DNA of 64,000 bases, taken from assembly GCA_049570475.1 (NCBI GenBank), contig CP186953.1, positions 672,001-736,000 of the forward strand. Reading direction: 5' to 3'. This document shows, in pieces, positions 30,365 through 40,910 of the stretch; the first letter of the stretch is position 1; every line of letters starts with the position of its first letter. The notes beneath the pieces were generated by a model, which was not told the origin of the DNA, made no database searches, and saw nothing but the letters and a program-made list of their open reading frames with translations. The position numbers and the translations under genes are program-made. The DNA is from Candidatus Methanosuratincola verstraetei (GTDB lineage Archaea; Thermoproteota; Methanomethylicia; Methanomethylicales; Methanomethylicaceae).

Positions 30365-31218
30365 CCACCAGCAGGACCAGGCTCTTCTGCCTAGTGGGGG
30401 ATCCGGTCGATCATTCGGTCAGCCCGGAGATCTTCACCAGGGCGTTCGAGGCATGCGGGGTAGATGCAGCATACCTGGCATTCAGGGTCCCAAGCCGGTG
30501 CCTGGGCGAGGCGGTGGCTGGGATCAGGGCACTCGGCATCTCCGGATTCAACGTGACGATACCGCACAAGATAGCGGTCATGCGCCACCTCGACGCGGTT
30601 GAGGGGGCAGCCAAGGAGATCGGCGCCGTGAACGTGGTAAAGGTCGAGGGCGGCAGGTCTGTAGGCTACAACACGGACGGGGAGGGGGCGCTGAGGGCGC
30701 TCAGCGGAAGGAGGCTCTCAGGGAGGAGGGTTGCAATATTGGGGTACGGCGGGGCGGCGAGGGCAGTAGCCTTTTCGATCGCATCCTCGCAGAGACCCGA
30801 GGAGATAATCATTTCAGGGAGGGACCCGGCGAAGGCCATGGGGCTCGCCCAGCGGCTGGGGGCCCTCTTCGGGGTCAAGAGCACCCCCTCCAGCCTCGAT
30901 GGGCTCGGTAAGGCCCTCCCCGATGTCCTGATCAACGCGACCCCGCTCGGCATGGCTCCCTGGGTCGAGGAGATGCCCGTCGACAGGGACGTCCTGCGCG
31001 AAGGGATGGTCGTATTCGACCTCGTGTACAACCCCGCCGAGACCAAGCTGCTGGGGGAGGCGAAGGCAAAGGGCTGCATTGCCATCGGGGGGCTGGAGAT
31101 GCTTGTCGGGCAGGCGGCTGCAGCATTCGAGATCTGGACGGGCATCGATCCCCCGCTGGGGGAGATGAGGAGGGCGGCAGAGGAAGCGCTCAAGGTCAGG
31201 GGAGGTTCAGGCGCATGA
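30361..31218 (+). CDS. aroE: Shikimate dehydrogenase
   Basis: HSVSP, NVTIPHK, GYNTD, GYGGAAR and NATPLGM. GTG at 30361 overlaps the aroD stop. Confidence 0.95.
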   Translation: MTTSRTRLFCLVGDPVDHSVSPEIFTRAFEACGVDAAYLAFRVPSRCLGEAVAGIRALGISGFNVTIPHKIAVMRHLDAVEGAAKEIGAVNVVKVEGGRSVGYNTDGEGALRALSGRRLSGRRVAILGYGGAARAVAFSIASSQRPEEIIISGRDPAKAMGLAQRLGALFGVKSTPSSLDGLGKALPDVLINATPLGMAPWVEEMPVDRDVLREGMVVFDLVYNPAETKLLGEAKAKGCIAIGGLEMLVGQAAAAFEIWTGIDPPLGEMRRAAEEALKVRGGSGA

Positions 31219-32096
31219 GGGGGAAAGGCACATCCTACGGCGCAGCCACGATAGTCAATGCGATGCCCTCCGGATTCGGGGGAGCGATCGGGGTCTGGCT
31301 CAAGACGGTCGCGGAGGTGGAGATCACCGAAGACCCGGCGGTCGAGGTGGTGGCGGCAGACCAGGAGGTCGACGATCTCTCTCTAATCGTCGAGTCGTTC
31401 AGGGCCGCCTCGGGCAGGTTCGGGATCAGCTGCGGCGCGCGGATCACGGTGCGGAGCGAGATACCGCCCGCGAGGGGGATGAAGAGCTCGAGCGCAGCAT
31501 CAAACGCAGTCGTGCTCGCCACGCTGGACGCGCTCGGGAGGGAGTGCGAGGCGATGGAGGCGGTCCAGATGGGCGTGCTTGCATCCAAGAAAGCAGGCGT
31601 GACTGTCACCGGCGCCTTCGACGACGCGTGCGCGAGCCTCTTCGGCGGGGTGTTCCTCACGGACAACACCGGGATGAGGGTGCTCAGGAGCTGGGACGCC
31701 GAGGAGCTGACTGCGCTCTTCCTGGTCCCCGAGGAGAGGAGGTACTCAGGGAGGGTCGACGCAGAGCGCCTCAGGAGCTACGCGCGGGTATCTCTCATTG
31801 CATTCAACGAGGCGATCGAGGGGAGGGTCTGGCAGGCGATGCTCATCAACGGCTTGGCGATGTGCCGCGTCCTAGGTTTCGACGCCGAGCCGATCCTGGA
31901 GGCGGTAAAGGAGGGGGCGGCCTCGGCAGGACTGTGCGGCAAGGGCCCAGCCATCTGCGCGGTCACAAAGCCGGAGTACGAAGGAGAGATCATGGACCGC
32001 TGGAGGAGCAGCGGACACCCCATAATCAGGACCAAGATCAGGGGCAGCTCAGAGCTCGGAGAGAAGGGGAGAAGGGGGGAGGGGATTGACTGGTAA
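31215..32096 (+). CDS. aroK: Archaeal (GHMP-family) shikimate kinase
   Basis: ATIVNA, IPPARGMKSSSA, TGAFDDA and GLCGKGP. Confidence 0.93.
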   Translation: MRGKGTSYGAATIVNAMPSGFGGAIGVWLKTVAEVEITEDPAVEVVAADQEVDDLSLIVESFRAASGRFGISCGARITVRSEIPPARGMKSSSAASNAVVLATLDALGRECEAMEAVQMGVLASKKAGVTVTGAFDDACASLFGGVFLTDNTGMRVLRSWDAEELTALFLVPEERRYSGRVDAERLRSYARVSLIAFNEAIEGRVWQAMLINGLAMCRVLGFDAEPILEAVKEGAASAGLCGKGPAICAVTKPEYEGEIMDRWRSSGHPIIRTKIRGSSELGEKGRRGEGIDW

Positions 32097-33384
32097 GGGG
32101 GTTGTCGCCGTGGTCAGGAGGAGCGAGTTGGACGGGACGGTCAGGGCGCCCCCTTCGAAGAGCCTTACCCAGAGGGCGGTGGCTTGCGCGCTGATTGCAG
32201 AAGGCAGGACTGAGATCGTCGACCCCTCGGACTCTGACGACGGCAAGGTGGCGGCCGCAGTCGCGAAGAGCATGGGCGCGAGGGTGAGGAGGGGCGAGAG
32301 GTCCTGGCTCATAGACCCCCCTACCCTGCCCGAGGCTCCCGACGACGTGGTCGACTGCAAGGGGTCTGCAACGTCGATGAGGCTATTCACAGCGATCGCC
32401 GCGCTTGCGGACGGGGCGACGGTCCTGACAGGGGACGGGTCCCTGAGGAGGCGCCCAGTAGGGGAGCTCCTCGAGGCGATGAACGCGCTCGGCGCACGAT
32501 GCTTCTCAACGAGGGGCAATGGCCTGCCCCCGGTGGTTGTGGAGGGAGGGGGCATCAGGGGCGGCGCGGTCTCGATCCGAGGGGACGTGAGCTCGCAGTA
32601 CATATCTGCCCTCATAATTTCCTGCACCAGGGCTGATTCGGACACCGCGATACAGGTGCTCAAAGGCCTCGAGTCTTCTGGGTATGTCAGGATGACCCTG
32701 GACGTACTGAGAGAGTTTGGGGGCATTGCGGATCCGGACTTCGCCTCGGCGAGATTCCTTGTCCCAGGAAGGCAGACCCTCAAGGGCTGCAGGTTCGTTG
32801 TAGAGGGCGACTACTCCTCCGCAGCGTTCTTGATAGCGGCTGGAGCGCTGGCAGGCAGGGCATCAGTCACCGGCCTCAGCGCCAGGACGTCCCAGGGTGA
32901 CAAGAAGATCCTGGAAATACTGGAGAGGATGGGCGGCGATGTCTCGGTCGGCGGCGGCACTGCGACGGCGGTCCGGAGAGGGCTGAGGGGAGTCGAGATC
33001 GACTGCTCAGAGGTGCCAGACCTCGTACCCGTGCTGGGGGTCCTGGCAACTCAGGCAGAGGGGGCCACAGTGCTCAGGAGGATCTCAAGGCTCAGGATCA
33101 AGGAGAGCGACAGGGTGGAGGGCGTGGTGGGCATGATAAACAGATTTGGGGGGCACGCTGAGGCGGATGGGGATAGGATCGTGGTCGAGGGCCCCTCGAG
33201 CCTGAAGGGCACGGAGATAGACCCGAGGGGGGACCACAGGATAGCGATGGCTGCGGCGGTCGCTGGGCTAGCCGCTAGCGGCGAGACGGTGATAAGGGGC
33301 GCGGAGTGCGTCTCAAAGAGCTACCCGGGCTTTTTCTCCGACATGGAGAGGCTGGGCGCGGGAGTGGAGGTGACCAGAGGGTGA
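32086..33384 (+). CDS. aroA: EPSP synthase
   Basis: PPSKSLTQR, SSQYISAL, EGDYSSA, KESDR, DHRIAMA and SKSYP. Confidence 0.96.
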   Translation: MTGKGVVAVVRRSELDGTVRAPPSKSLTQRAVACALIAEGRTEIVDPSDSDDGKVAAAVAKSMGARVRRGERSWLIDPPTLPEAPDDVVDCKGSATSMRLFTAIAALADGATVLTGDGSLRRRPVGELLEAMNALGARCFSTRGNGLPPVVVEGGGIRGGAVSIRGDVSSQYISALIISCTRADSDTAIQVLKGLESSGYVRMTLDVLREFGGIADPDFASARFLVPGRQTLKGCRFVVEGDYSSAAFLIAAGALAGRASVTGLSARTSQGDKKILEILERMGGDVSVGGGTATAVRRGLRGVEIDCSEVPDLVPVLGVLATQAEGATVLRRISRLRIKESDRVEGVVGMINRFGGHAEADGDRIVVEGPSSLKGTEIDPRGDHRIAMAAAVAGLAASGETVIRGAECVSKSYPGFFSDMERLGAGVEVTRG

Positions 33385-34484
33385 GTTTCGGGTTCGGCAA
33401 GGAATTCAGGATCACGGTCTTCGGGGAGTCGCATGGCGCATGCGTCGGGGCGGTCGTCGAGGGGTGCCCCGCAGGGGTCCCCTTGGAGGAGGGGGACATA
33501 CAGCGCGAGCTCGACAGGCGCAGGCCGGGCGGTCGGCTAGCGAGCTCGAGGGGCGAGGCGGACAGGGCCAGGCTGCTCAGCGGAACACTAGGCGGCCGGA
33601 CCAATGGCGGTCCGATTGCGATGCTGGTGGAGAACCAGGACGTTGACTCATCGTGGTACGAGGAGAACAGGCACCTGCCGAGGCCGGGCCACTCGGACTT
33701 CCCGGCATTCGTGAAGTACGGCGGCATGAACGACTACAGGGGAGGCGGGTTCTTCTCCGGGAGGATGACTGCACCCTTGGTCATGGGAGGGGCAGTGGCC
33801 AAGAGGCTGCTTTCTCTTTATGGAGTGAAGGTCATCGGGCACATTGTGCAGATTGGCGGCGCCAGGCTTCGGGAGGAAGTCGGCGACCAGGAGATTGAGG
33901 CTGCTGCCAAGGAGGGCGCAATATGCGCGGACAGGGGGACTTCGAGGGAATTCGAGGGCGAGATCGAGAGGGCTGCCAAGGAGGGGGACTCGATCGGGGG
34001 CGTGGTCGAGTGCAGGGTGCTCAACCTGCCAATCGGCATCGGGGAGCCCTTCTTCGACTCCGTCGAGGCGCTGATAGCCCACGGAGTCTTCAGCATCCCG
34101 GGGGTCAAGGGAGTGGAGTTCGGCGCAGGGTTCGGCATTGCAGCATTGAGGGGATCGGAGGCGAACGACAGCTTCGTTGTCAGGGGCGGCAAGGTGGCGA
34201 CGGAGACGAACAGGTCTGGCGGGGTGCTGGGCGGGCTGACGACCGGGATGCCCCTCATCTTCAGGGTCGCCATCAAGCCTACCCCTTCAATAAGGAAGGC
34301 CCAGAGGACGGTCGACTTGAGGGCTGGAAAGGAGTCGGCGCTGACGATAGGCGGCAGGCATGATCCCTGCATTGCGGTCAGGGCCGTCCCGGTCGTCGAG
34401 GCGGTCGCTGCGGTCTGCATAGCGGACCTGATGATTAGGGATGGCAAGATACCGAGGAAGGTTGGTGAACAGGGTGGGAATTGA
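33381..34484 (+). CDS. aroC: Chorismate synthase
   Basis: FGESHG, RPGHSD, KPTPSI and GRHDPC. GTG at 33381 overlaps the aroA stop. Confidence 0.96.
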   Translation: MSFGFGKEFRITVFGESHGACVGAVVEGCPAGVPLEEGDIQRELDRRRPGGRLASSRGEADRARLLSGTLGGRTNGGPIAMLVENQDVDSSWYEENRHLPRPGHSDFPAFVKYGGMNDYRGGGFFSGRMTAPLVMGGAVAKRLLSLYGVKVIGHIVQIGGARLREEVGDQEIEAAAKEGAICADRGTSREFEGEIERAAKEGDSIGGVVECRVLNLPIGIGEPFFDSVEALIAHGVFSIPGVKGVEFGAGFGIAALRGSEANDSFVVRGGKVATETNRSGGVLGGLTTGMPLIFRVAIKPTPSIRKAQRTVDLRAGKESALTIGGRHDPCIAVRAVPVVEAVAAVCIADLMIRDGKIPRKVGEQGGN

Positions 34485-35532
34485 GGAGGTCAGGAAAGAG
34501 ATAGACAGGATAGACGAGGAGATAGTGAGGCTGCTGAACGAGAGGGTGGCGGCGTGCAAGAAAGCAGGAGTGGCCAAGGGAGGGGTCGCGATACTCGACC
34601 TGGACCGCGAAAGGAGGGTGCTGGAGAGGGTCGCAGCCAGGTCCGGGGATGCCCCGTCGGAAGGGATACGGTCGGTCTACAGGGAAGTGATCTCGATGTG
34701 CCGGAGGGTCCAGAGGCCTATCACAGTTGCCTTCCTGGGACCGGAGGGGAGCTTCTCCCACGAGGTCGCATCGAAGCACTTCGGGTCATCCTCGAAGCTT
34801 CTTCCGAGCAGGAGGATAAGGAACATCTTCACGGAGGTGGACCTCGGTGGTGCTGACCTGGGCGTGGTCCCGTTCGAGAACTCGCTCGAGGGCGCAGTCA
34901 ACGACACGCTGGACTGCCTCGTCGAGTACCCAGTCTCAATAGTCGGCGAGGCGCTGTTCAGGATCAACCAGAACCTGATCGTCGACCCCGAGGTGACCTC
35001 GCTCAGCCAGATCGAGAGGGTCTACTCGCACCCGCAGGCGCTCGCGCAGTGCGACGGGTACATCACGAAGCACCTGAACGACAAGGAGATAATCGTCACC
35101 GAGTCGACGGCTAGGGCTGTGGAGCACATCCTGAGGGACCGGAAGGGGGCCGCGATAGGCAGCAAGGTTGCCGCCGAGCTCAACGAGCTGAAGATCTTCG
35201 AGGCTGGGATCGAGGACTCGCCGAACAACTACACTCGGTTCGTGGCGATAAAGAAGGGCGGGAGCGCCGAGGCAGGGAAGAAAACATCGCTAATACTCTC
35301 GATAGACCATGTGCCAGGTTCGCTGGCTGCGGTGCTCAACTGCTTTGCGAAGCACGGAATCAACGTGACCATGATACTATCGAGGCCCCTTTACATGAGG
35401 CCGTGGGAGTATCTGTTCTTCGTAGATTTTGAGGGGAATCTGGGTGATGAGAAATGCATGATGGCGATAGAGGAACTGAGGAAAAAGACGAGGTTCCTGA
35501 GGATACTGGGAAGCTACTCAGAGTTGCTGTGA
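34474..35532 (+). CDS. pheA: Chorismate mutase/prephenate dehydratase (with ACT domain)
   Basis: VRKEIDRIDEEIVRLLNER, LGPEGSFS, PFENSLEG, NYTRF and LGSY. GTG at 34474 follows GGTGA. Confidence 0.95.
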   Translation: MGIEEVRKEIDRIDEEIVRLLNERVAACKKAGVAKGGVAILDLDRERRVLERVAARSGDAPSEGIRSVYREVISMCRRVQRPITVAFLGPEGSFSHEVASKHFGSSSKLLPSRRIRNIFTEVDLGGADLGVVPFENSLEGAVNDTLDCLVEYPVSIVGEALFRINQNLIVDPEVTSLSQIERVYSHPQALAQCDGYITKHLNDKEIIVTESTARAVEHILRDRKGAAIGSKVAAELNELKIFEAGIEDSPNNYTRFVAIKKGGSAEAGKKTSLILSIDHVPGSLAAVLNCFAKHGINVTMILSRPLYMRPWEYLFFVDFEGNLGDEKCMMAIEELRKKTRFLRILGSYSELL

Positions 35533-36245
35533 TCGGCACCGGAAAGATGGGGAGATGCCTTTCCACGCTGCTCAGGGGGCATGCTGAAGTGACGCTGCAT
35601 GGCAGGGACTCCGACAAGGCTAGAGCAGTGGCGGAAAGGATAGGGGTTGCCAGCGCAGACACCAACGCAGTCTCAGAGAGCGACGTGGTAATAGCCACAA
35701 TGCCGACCGAAGCACTACCAGGGTTTGTCGAGGAGCAAGCAGGGGGCATGCGAAGCGGCGCAATCTTTGTGGACATCTCGTCTGTGAAAATCGGGTTGGT
35801 CGACGATATCCTGAAAAGGCTACCGGACTGGGTCGGGTACGCAAGCATTCACCCGCTGTTCACATCCCCGAGGGTGAAGGAAAAAGATGTAGCATTCATA
35901 CCAGTTAGAGAGGTTGCAAACATGGGGATGTTCTTAGAAACCCTGTCAAGGTCAGGCATGAGCGTATTCAAGACTACACCAGAAGAACACGACCGCGCCA
36001 CTGCTGTGACGCAGGTGCTCCACCACTTCGCACTCCTCGCGATGGAGAGGGTCCTCCAGAGACACATGAAATCGTCGGAGGGGTTCAAGACGCACAGCCT
36101 AAAGAAGACGATGAGTGTAATCCGGCTGGTCGAGAGGAACCGCGAGACAGCAGTGATGATCCAGAGGCTTAACAAGTACGGGAAGGAAATCAGGGAGGAA
36201 TTCATCAGAGAGTGTGAGGCGCTGGACAGCGAGTTTTCGATTTGA
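35454..36245 (+). CDS. tyrA: Prephenate dehydrogenase
   Basis: GTGKMG, DISSVK, SIHPLF and EEHD...Q; last gene of the operon. Confidence 0.88.
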   Translation: MHDGDRGTEEKDEVPEDTGKLLRVAVIGTGKMGRCLSTLLRGHAEVTLHGRDSDKARAVAERIGVASADTNAVSESDVVIATMPTEALPGFVEEQAGGMRSGAIFVDISSVKIGLVDDILKRLPDWVGYASIHPLFTSPRVKEKDVAFIPVREVANMGMFLETLSRSGMSVFKTTPEEHDRATAVTQVLHHFALLAMERVLQRHMKSSEGFKTHSLKKTMSVIRLVERNRETAVMIQRLNKYGKEIREEFIRECEALDSEFSI

Positions 36246-36436
36246 TTGCCAAACTCAGCCCTCTTCTTTAACCAGAGTGCCCGAGTCGAGTTTTTATTGC
36301 AAAACATCGCAATTTTGACTAGGGGTGCTGACGTTCGCTTCTAGCCCCGCTAAAAAGCATCCGATCTTTCTTGCGAACCTCTCCGTAAAGCAAAATTAGG
36401 GGCTGGGGACCGATTGTAAAGAAATGAAGTGGTCAT

Positions 36437-38161
36437 ATGGACGCCCTGCTTGGCTTCACTGTGTCCCTAATTTCGGCTGCAGCCGTCGCGCTGGTCCTGA
36501 AAAAGGCAAATGTCTCGCCTGTCGCAGGGTATATCATTGCAGGGTTGCTCATCGGGCCCGTCTTCAGGGCGGTAGACCCTTCTTCAGAGTACATCAAGAT
36601 CGCAAGCAACATTGGAATCGCGCTCATCTCATTTGAGATCGGTCTGACCGCAAAGCTAGGTTTCCTCAGGCGGCACACCCAAGAGATCGGCATGACTGCT
36701 CTCATTGAGTTCCTGGCAATCACATTCCTCTCAGCAGTTATAGGCGTTTCACTCGGCCTCCCCATAATAATCACCGTAATCCTTGGGCTCATGGCTCTTG
36801 ACACAAGCACGGCCATAGCTTTTAAGCTGGCAGAATCGACGAAGAAACTATCGGAGAGATCCTCGCTTCAAATACTCGGCGTAGGGACGGTAGAAGACGT
36901 AATTGTAATGGCAGGCATTTCGCTGATCCCTGCCTTCGCCCAATTCGGGCACCTGCAGATCGAGAGCATGTTCTACCACATCTCCTTCGTGGTAGTCACC
37001 GTCCTTGTTACCTTGGTTGTGAGCCTGCAGATCCTGCCCAAGATATTTGCATTCGTCTCGAAGGGCAACGACCAAGAGATCACGGTGCTGCTGCTCCTCG
37101 CGACTGCAATCGGATTCGGTTGGCTGGGGAATTATATGGGGATCTCTTTCTCCCTAGGCGCATTCATAGCTGGTCTCGTGATCTCTTCGATTGATTTGCC
37201 CAAGGAAGTCATGAGCAGGATGGTCTCCCTCAGGGACCTCTTTGCGATCCTATTCTTCATATCCGTGGGCCTTGCGATGCCAAGGATTGACAGCCTTGCA
37301 AGCGTAGCCTACGCAGCCATGATAGCGCTTGCGGTCATAGCCCTGAAGTTCGTCTCTTTCACCTCAGCCGCCTGGTTGAGCGGGAAAAAGCTGGAAAAAG
37401 CGGTAAGAACAGGGTTCTACATGATCCCGATCAGCGAATTCGCACTGATTGTCGCGAGCGAGGGCTACAGGTACGGTTTCATCGACAACAACTTTTTCAT
37501 GGCCTCTGCATTCGCAGTCATCATATCCGTGATTGTCGCCTCGAAATTGGTTGAAAACGACGAGGCTTATGCAAACAAGGTTGCTTCTTTGATCCCTCCA
37601 ATGATAAGGAATGGCGTTGAGACCATTGCGATGCAGACCGCAGAATTTTTGAATGGAGCCGTGCTGAGGGCGAAGGAAGGGCAAGAGTTCCTAATAAACA
37701 TCGGCAGCAAGATAGCAGTAATCATCGTAATAACTTCGGTAGGCGCACTAATCATTCAGCTTTTGAACGACATGCCTCTGACCGCCGACTTTGTCCTGAT
37801 CATACAGGCTGTAGTTGCGTCTATGGTCGCAATCATAACATTGTTTGAGATCATCAGGCTCGGGAGCAGCGTCCACAGGATGGCGGAATGGGCGCTGCAG
37901 AAAAGGGGGAAGGAGGCAAACAAAATCCTGAGGGTGTTCAGGAATCTCGTCTACATAATCACCTTGCTCATCGTCTCCGTGATAATAATCCTTAGCTCAG
38001 CCACCATAATCAGAAGGTTGTTCCTAGAATTGGGAGCGCTTACGGCCAACCTCTTATCGTTTGCCTTCATTTTCGCATTGGTTCTCATAGCATTCTACTT
38101 CTCCTACAGCAGGATAAGGAAGATGCTCGAAACGCTGGAAGGGATAATCAACAGGATTTAG
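36437..38161 (+). CDS. Cation:proton antiporter (CPA2/Kef-like) with C-terminal TM extension
   Basis: GYIIAGLLIGP, VED, LGAFIAG, FFISVG and ISEFALIV. Confidence 0.88.
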   Translation: MDALLGFTVSLISAAAVALVLKKANVSPVAGYIIAGLLIGPVFRAVDPSSEYIKIASNIGIALISFEIGLTAKLGFLRRHTQEIGMTALIEFLAITFLSAVIGVSLGLPIIITVILGLMALDTSTAIAFKLAESTKKLSERSSLQILGVGTVEDVIVMAGISLIPAFAQFGHLQIESMFYHISFVVVTVLVTLVVSLQILPKIFAFVSKGNDQEITVLLLLATAIGFGWLGNYMGISFSLGAFIAGLVISSIDLPKEVMSRMVSLRDLFAILFFISVGLAMPRIDSLASVAYAAMIALAVIALKFVSFTSAAWLSGKKLEKAVRTGFYMIPISEFALIVASEGYRYGFIDNNFFMASAFAVIISVIVASKLVENDEAYANKVASLIPPMIRNGVETIAMQTAEFLNGAVLRAKEGQEFLINIGSKIAVIIVITSVGALIIQLLNDMPLTADFVLIIQAVVASMVAIITLFEIIRLGSSVHRMAEWALQKRGKEANKILRVFRNLVYIITLLIVSVIIILSSATIIRRLFLELGALTANLLSFAFIFALVLIAFYFSYSRIRKMLETLEGIINRI

Positions 38162-38168
38162 GGGCGCC

Positions 38169-39797
38169 TTATGCAGGGAGCTCTGCGAAGAATTTCTGAA
38201 ACTGCCTTTTCGAGAGGGTGAAGAAGATGAACGATATGATCAGCCCGGAAGCCAAGGAGACGGCGAGCGACGGAAACAGCCCGTAACCGACGCCCATGAA
38301 TATGTATGAGATCACAGGCGATGCGGAAATCAGGCCCGCCACCCCCAGCACCAGCATTGAAAGGAGGATTCCTGTGCCTGATATGTAGCTGCCCCGGGGC
38401 TTCTCGCTGAGTTCAGGGTATATTGAACCGAAATAGAGACCGACGCTGACAGAGATGCATGCCATCGCAGTGCTCAGCACGAGCAAGCTTGCGGCAGCAT
38501 TCGGCCCGAAATTGAACACTAGTGAGAAAACCCCCGAAAACACCAGGGAAAGGACAAGCGAGAGGGAAAGGGGCAGAATAGCCTTCGCCTTGAAGTAAGA
38601 CTCGGGGCCGATCGGCGAGGCGAATATGCGCCACAATGCCTTGCCTTCCTGACCTATAGACATAGCAGAGAGGAAGAGGCCGAAGATCCCAGTGCCCATG
38701 AGTGAGAACATGCCGGCATAACCGTATACCTCGTAGCGATCCATGGAGCCCATCGTCAGGAACAATGGCATCATCATTATTATCGGGATTGACCAGAACC
38801 TCACCATCTCCTTCCTCCTCGCCAGCGACCTGATGTCTTTCGATATGACTGCCAGCTCAGCTTGGGTGAAAAGCAGGCTGCCAAAACCGGTTTTCAGTCC
38901 AGAACCCTTGCCCGGCTCCCCATGCCCGGAATGGCTAATCCTGATTGTCACGGGCACGGGGACCCAGTACCTTGACCTAACGGCAACCGCGCTGAGCATC
39001 AATGCGCCCCCAAAGAGGAGCGTTACCGCTGAGAAAAAAGCGGCGGATGCGAAATCGCCCGCCGAAGCCTCCGCCACGACTATCGAAGGCCAAACCAATG
39101 GCACGAACCAGAGCTCTTGGATTCTCGGAGCGATTGACTCAAGGACTCTGAACAGTATGCCCGGATTGAAAAAAACCTGCGAGAGGGCAAGGACGAAGAC
39201 TATCAGCACCGCCCTGGACAAGATGGCGGCCCTGCCTCCCCTTTTCGAGAATGTAGAGGAGACGCGGTTCACGATGGATTTTATTATCTCTGAAGCGAAG
39301 CCGCCCATCACTGAGCAGAACGCCGCCAGCAACGAGGACACTGCCCAAGCACCAATTAATCCGAACCTGAGAGCCAGGGCAAGGGAGACGCCCAAAACTC
39401 CGGTCACAACGTAGCAGTAAGAGAGGACTGTTGAAAATGAGGACGCGAGGACGTACTCGGAGGAGGAGATCGGCATGTAATTCACCATTTCGCTCGATGC
39501 ATACTGCGCGTTATCGCCTATTACGAAGAATATGCCGTAGAGCACCACGAATGACAGAACGATCAGCGGCACCGAGGAGAGCAGCTGCAGCGACAATGCC
39601 CGCAAGTAGGCGATTTCAGGTTCGGGAACGACCCCAAGTAAAGCATAGGCGATGGACGAGGAGGCGGCAAAAACAATCGCGGCAACCAGGATCAGCCCAG
39701 TCGGCTTTGAGAGCCAGCGATTCGAAAGCCCTCCACGCCCCCTGATCTGGGAGAGCAGGAGTATGAGCAGTATTGCATTTACTCTCGACCACCTCAT
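38169..39797 (-). CDS. ABC exporter permease (large, two-module)
   Basis: About 14 TM helices with SKDIRSLARR and SIGQEGKALW. ATG at 39797 forms an ATGA overlap with the ATPase stop. Confidence 0.8.
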   Translation of the reverse strand: MRWSRVNAILLILLLSQIRGRGGLSNRWLSKPTGLILVAAIVFAASSSIAYALLGVVPEPEIAYLRALSLQLLSSVPLIVLSFVVLYGIFFVIGDNAQYASSEMVNYMPISSSEYVLASSFSTVLSYCYVVTGVLGVSLALALRFGLIGAWAVSSLLAAFCSVMGGFASEIIKSIVNRVSSTFSKRGGRAAILSRAVLIVFVLALSQVFFNPGILFRVLESIAPRIQELWFVPLVWPSIVVAEASAGDFASAAFFSAVTLLFGGALMLSAVAVRSRYWVPVPVTIRISHSGHGEPGKGSGLKTGFGSLLFTQAELAVISKDIRSLARRKEMVRFWSIPIIMMMPLFLTMGSMDRYEVYGYAGMFSLMGTGIFGLFLSAMSIGQEGKALWRIFASPIGPESYFKAKAILPLSLSLVLSLVFSGVFSLVFNFGPNAAASLLVLSTAMACISVSVGLYFGSIYPELSEKPRGSYISGTGILLSMLVLGVAGLISASPVISYIFMGVGYGLFPSLAVSLASGLIISFIFFTLSKRQFQKFFAELPA

Positions 39798-40582
39798 CTG
39801 CTGAGCTCCTCCACCACCGAACGGACGTCGGCCCCTCCTGTGAGCATCAAGAAGACTTCCTCGAGGCTGGAGCCCTGCATTCCAGCCTTCCCCTTCAGAT
39901 CCTCCACGGTGCCCTCGGATACGAGCGACCCACCATACAGTATCGCAATCCTCTTGCATATGGCCTGAGCGATCTCCAGAATATGGGTGCTGAAGATGGT
40001 CGTCACGCCTTCCCCGCTAAGCCTGTTCAGCAGGTCCTTTACGATCTTCGCAGACCTTGGATCCAATCCATTGAGCGGTTCGTCCATTATCAGCAGCCGT
40101 GGTCTGTGGAGCAGCGCGCCGATTATTGCCACCTTCTGGCGCATCCCTTGGGAGTAGCCGCTGAGCATCTCGTCCTCCCTCCCAGAAAGCTCGAAAGCCT
40201 CCAAGAAATGCGCTATCCTAGTCCGCTTATCCACCTCGGGCAAACCGTACAGGTCGGATACGAACTCGAGGTATTCCCGTGCAGTCAGGAAGTCATATAG
40301 TCGCGGGGTTTCCGGCACGTACCCGATAATGCGCCTGACTTCTAACGGCTTTTCGTAAGGGCGAACCCCGAAGATCGAGATCTCTCCTGCGTCTGGCCTG
40401 ATCAGCCCCACCATCATCTTCATAAGCGTGCTCTTCCCGGACCCATTCGGCCCCAGCAGCCCGTAAACCTGGCCCTCCTCAATGTCGAGGGAAAGGTTAT
40501 CGATTGCCCTGACCTCGCCGAAATTTTTTGTGAGCGAAGACGTGCGGACTGCAACCGCCATATCAGGGTTCACCATTAACAT
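39794..40582 (-). CDS. ABC transporter ATP-binding subunit
   Basis: GPNGSGKST, YSQGMRQK and IMDEP. Confidence 0.95.
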   Translation of the reverse strand: MLMVNPDMAVAVRTSSLTKNFGEVRAIDNLSLDIEEGQVYGLLGPNGSGKSTLMKMMVGLIRPDAGEISIFGVRPYEKPLEVRRIIGYVPETPRLYDFLTAREYLEFVSDLYGLPEVDKRTRIAHFLEAFELSGREDEMLSGYSQGMRQKVAIIGALLHRPRLLIMDEPLNGLDPRSAKIVKDLLNRLSGEGVTTIFSTHILEIAQAICKRIAILYGGSLVSEGTVEDLKGKAGMQGSSLEEVFLMLTGGADVRSVVEELSR

Positions 40583-40910
40583 GAAAATTATAGTTCTGAA
40601 TATAAAAATGCTTTTTATTTAAAAAAGACTTTTGGTTTCTTAACACCAAAATTTTTCTTTAAGAACATTGAATCGCCAAACATTTAGGCTTGAACTATGG
40701 CTTACGAAGACGACTAAAAAGAGCTCGAACGAATTGAGTCGAGAGAGAGGTAAGACGCCCCATAGAGGACTAATAGCGCATGCAAGAACGGTAAACCTTA
40801 TTACGCCTGTTACGGAACTCCATTCGGCGATGAAGCTCGCCTTTAAATGCCCTCGCATTAATGCATGTGGCTGATAGCTTCTACTGTTATGCAAAAATGG
40901 GGGGTAGGCT

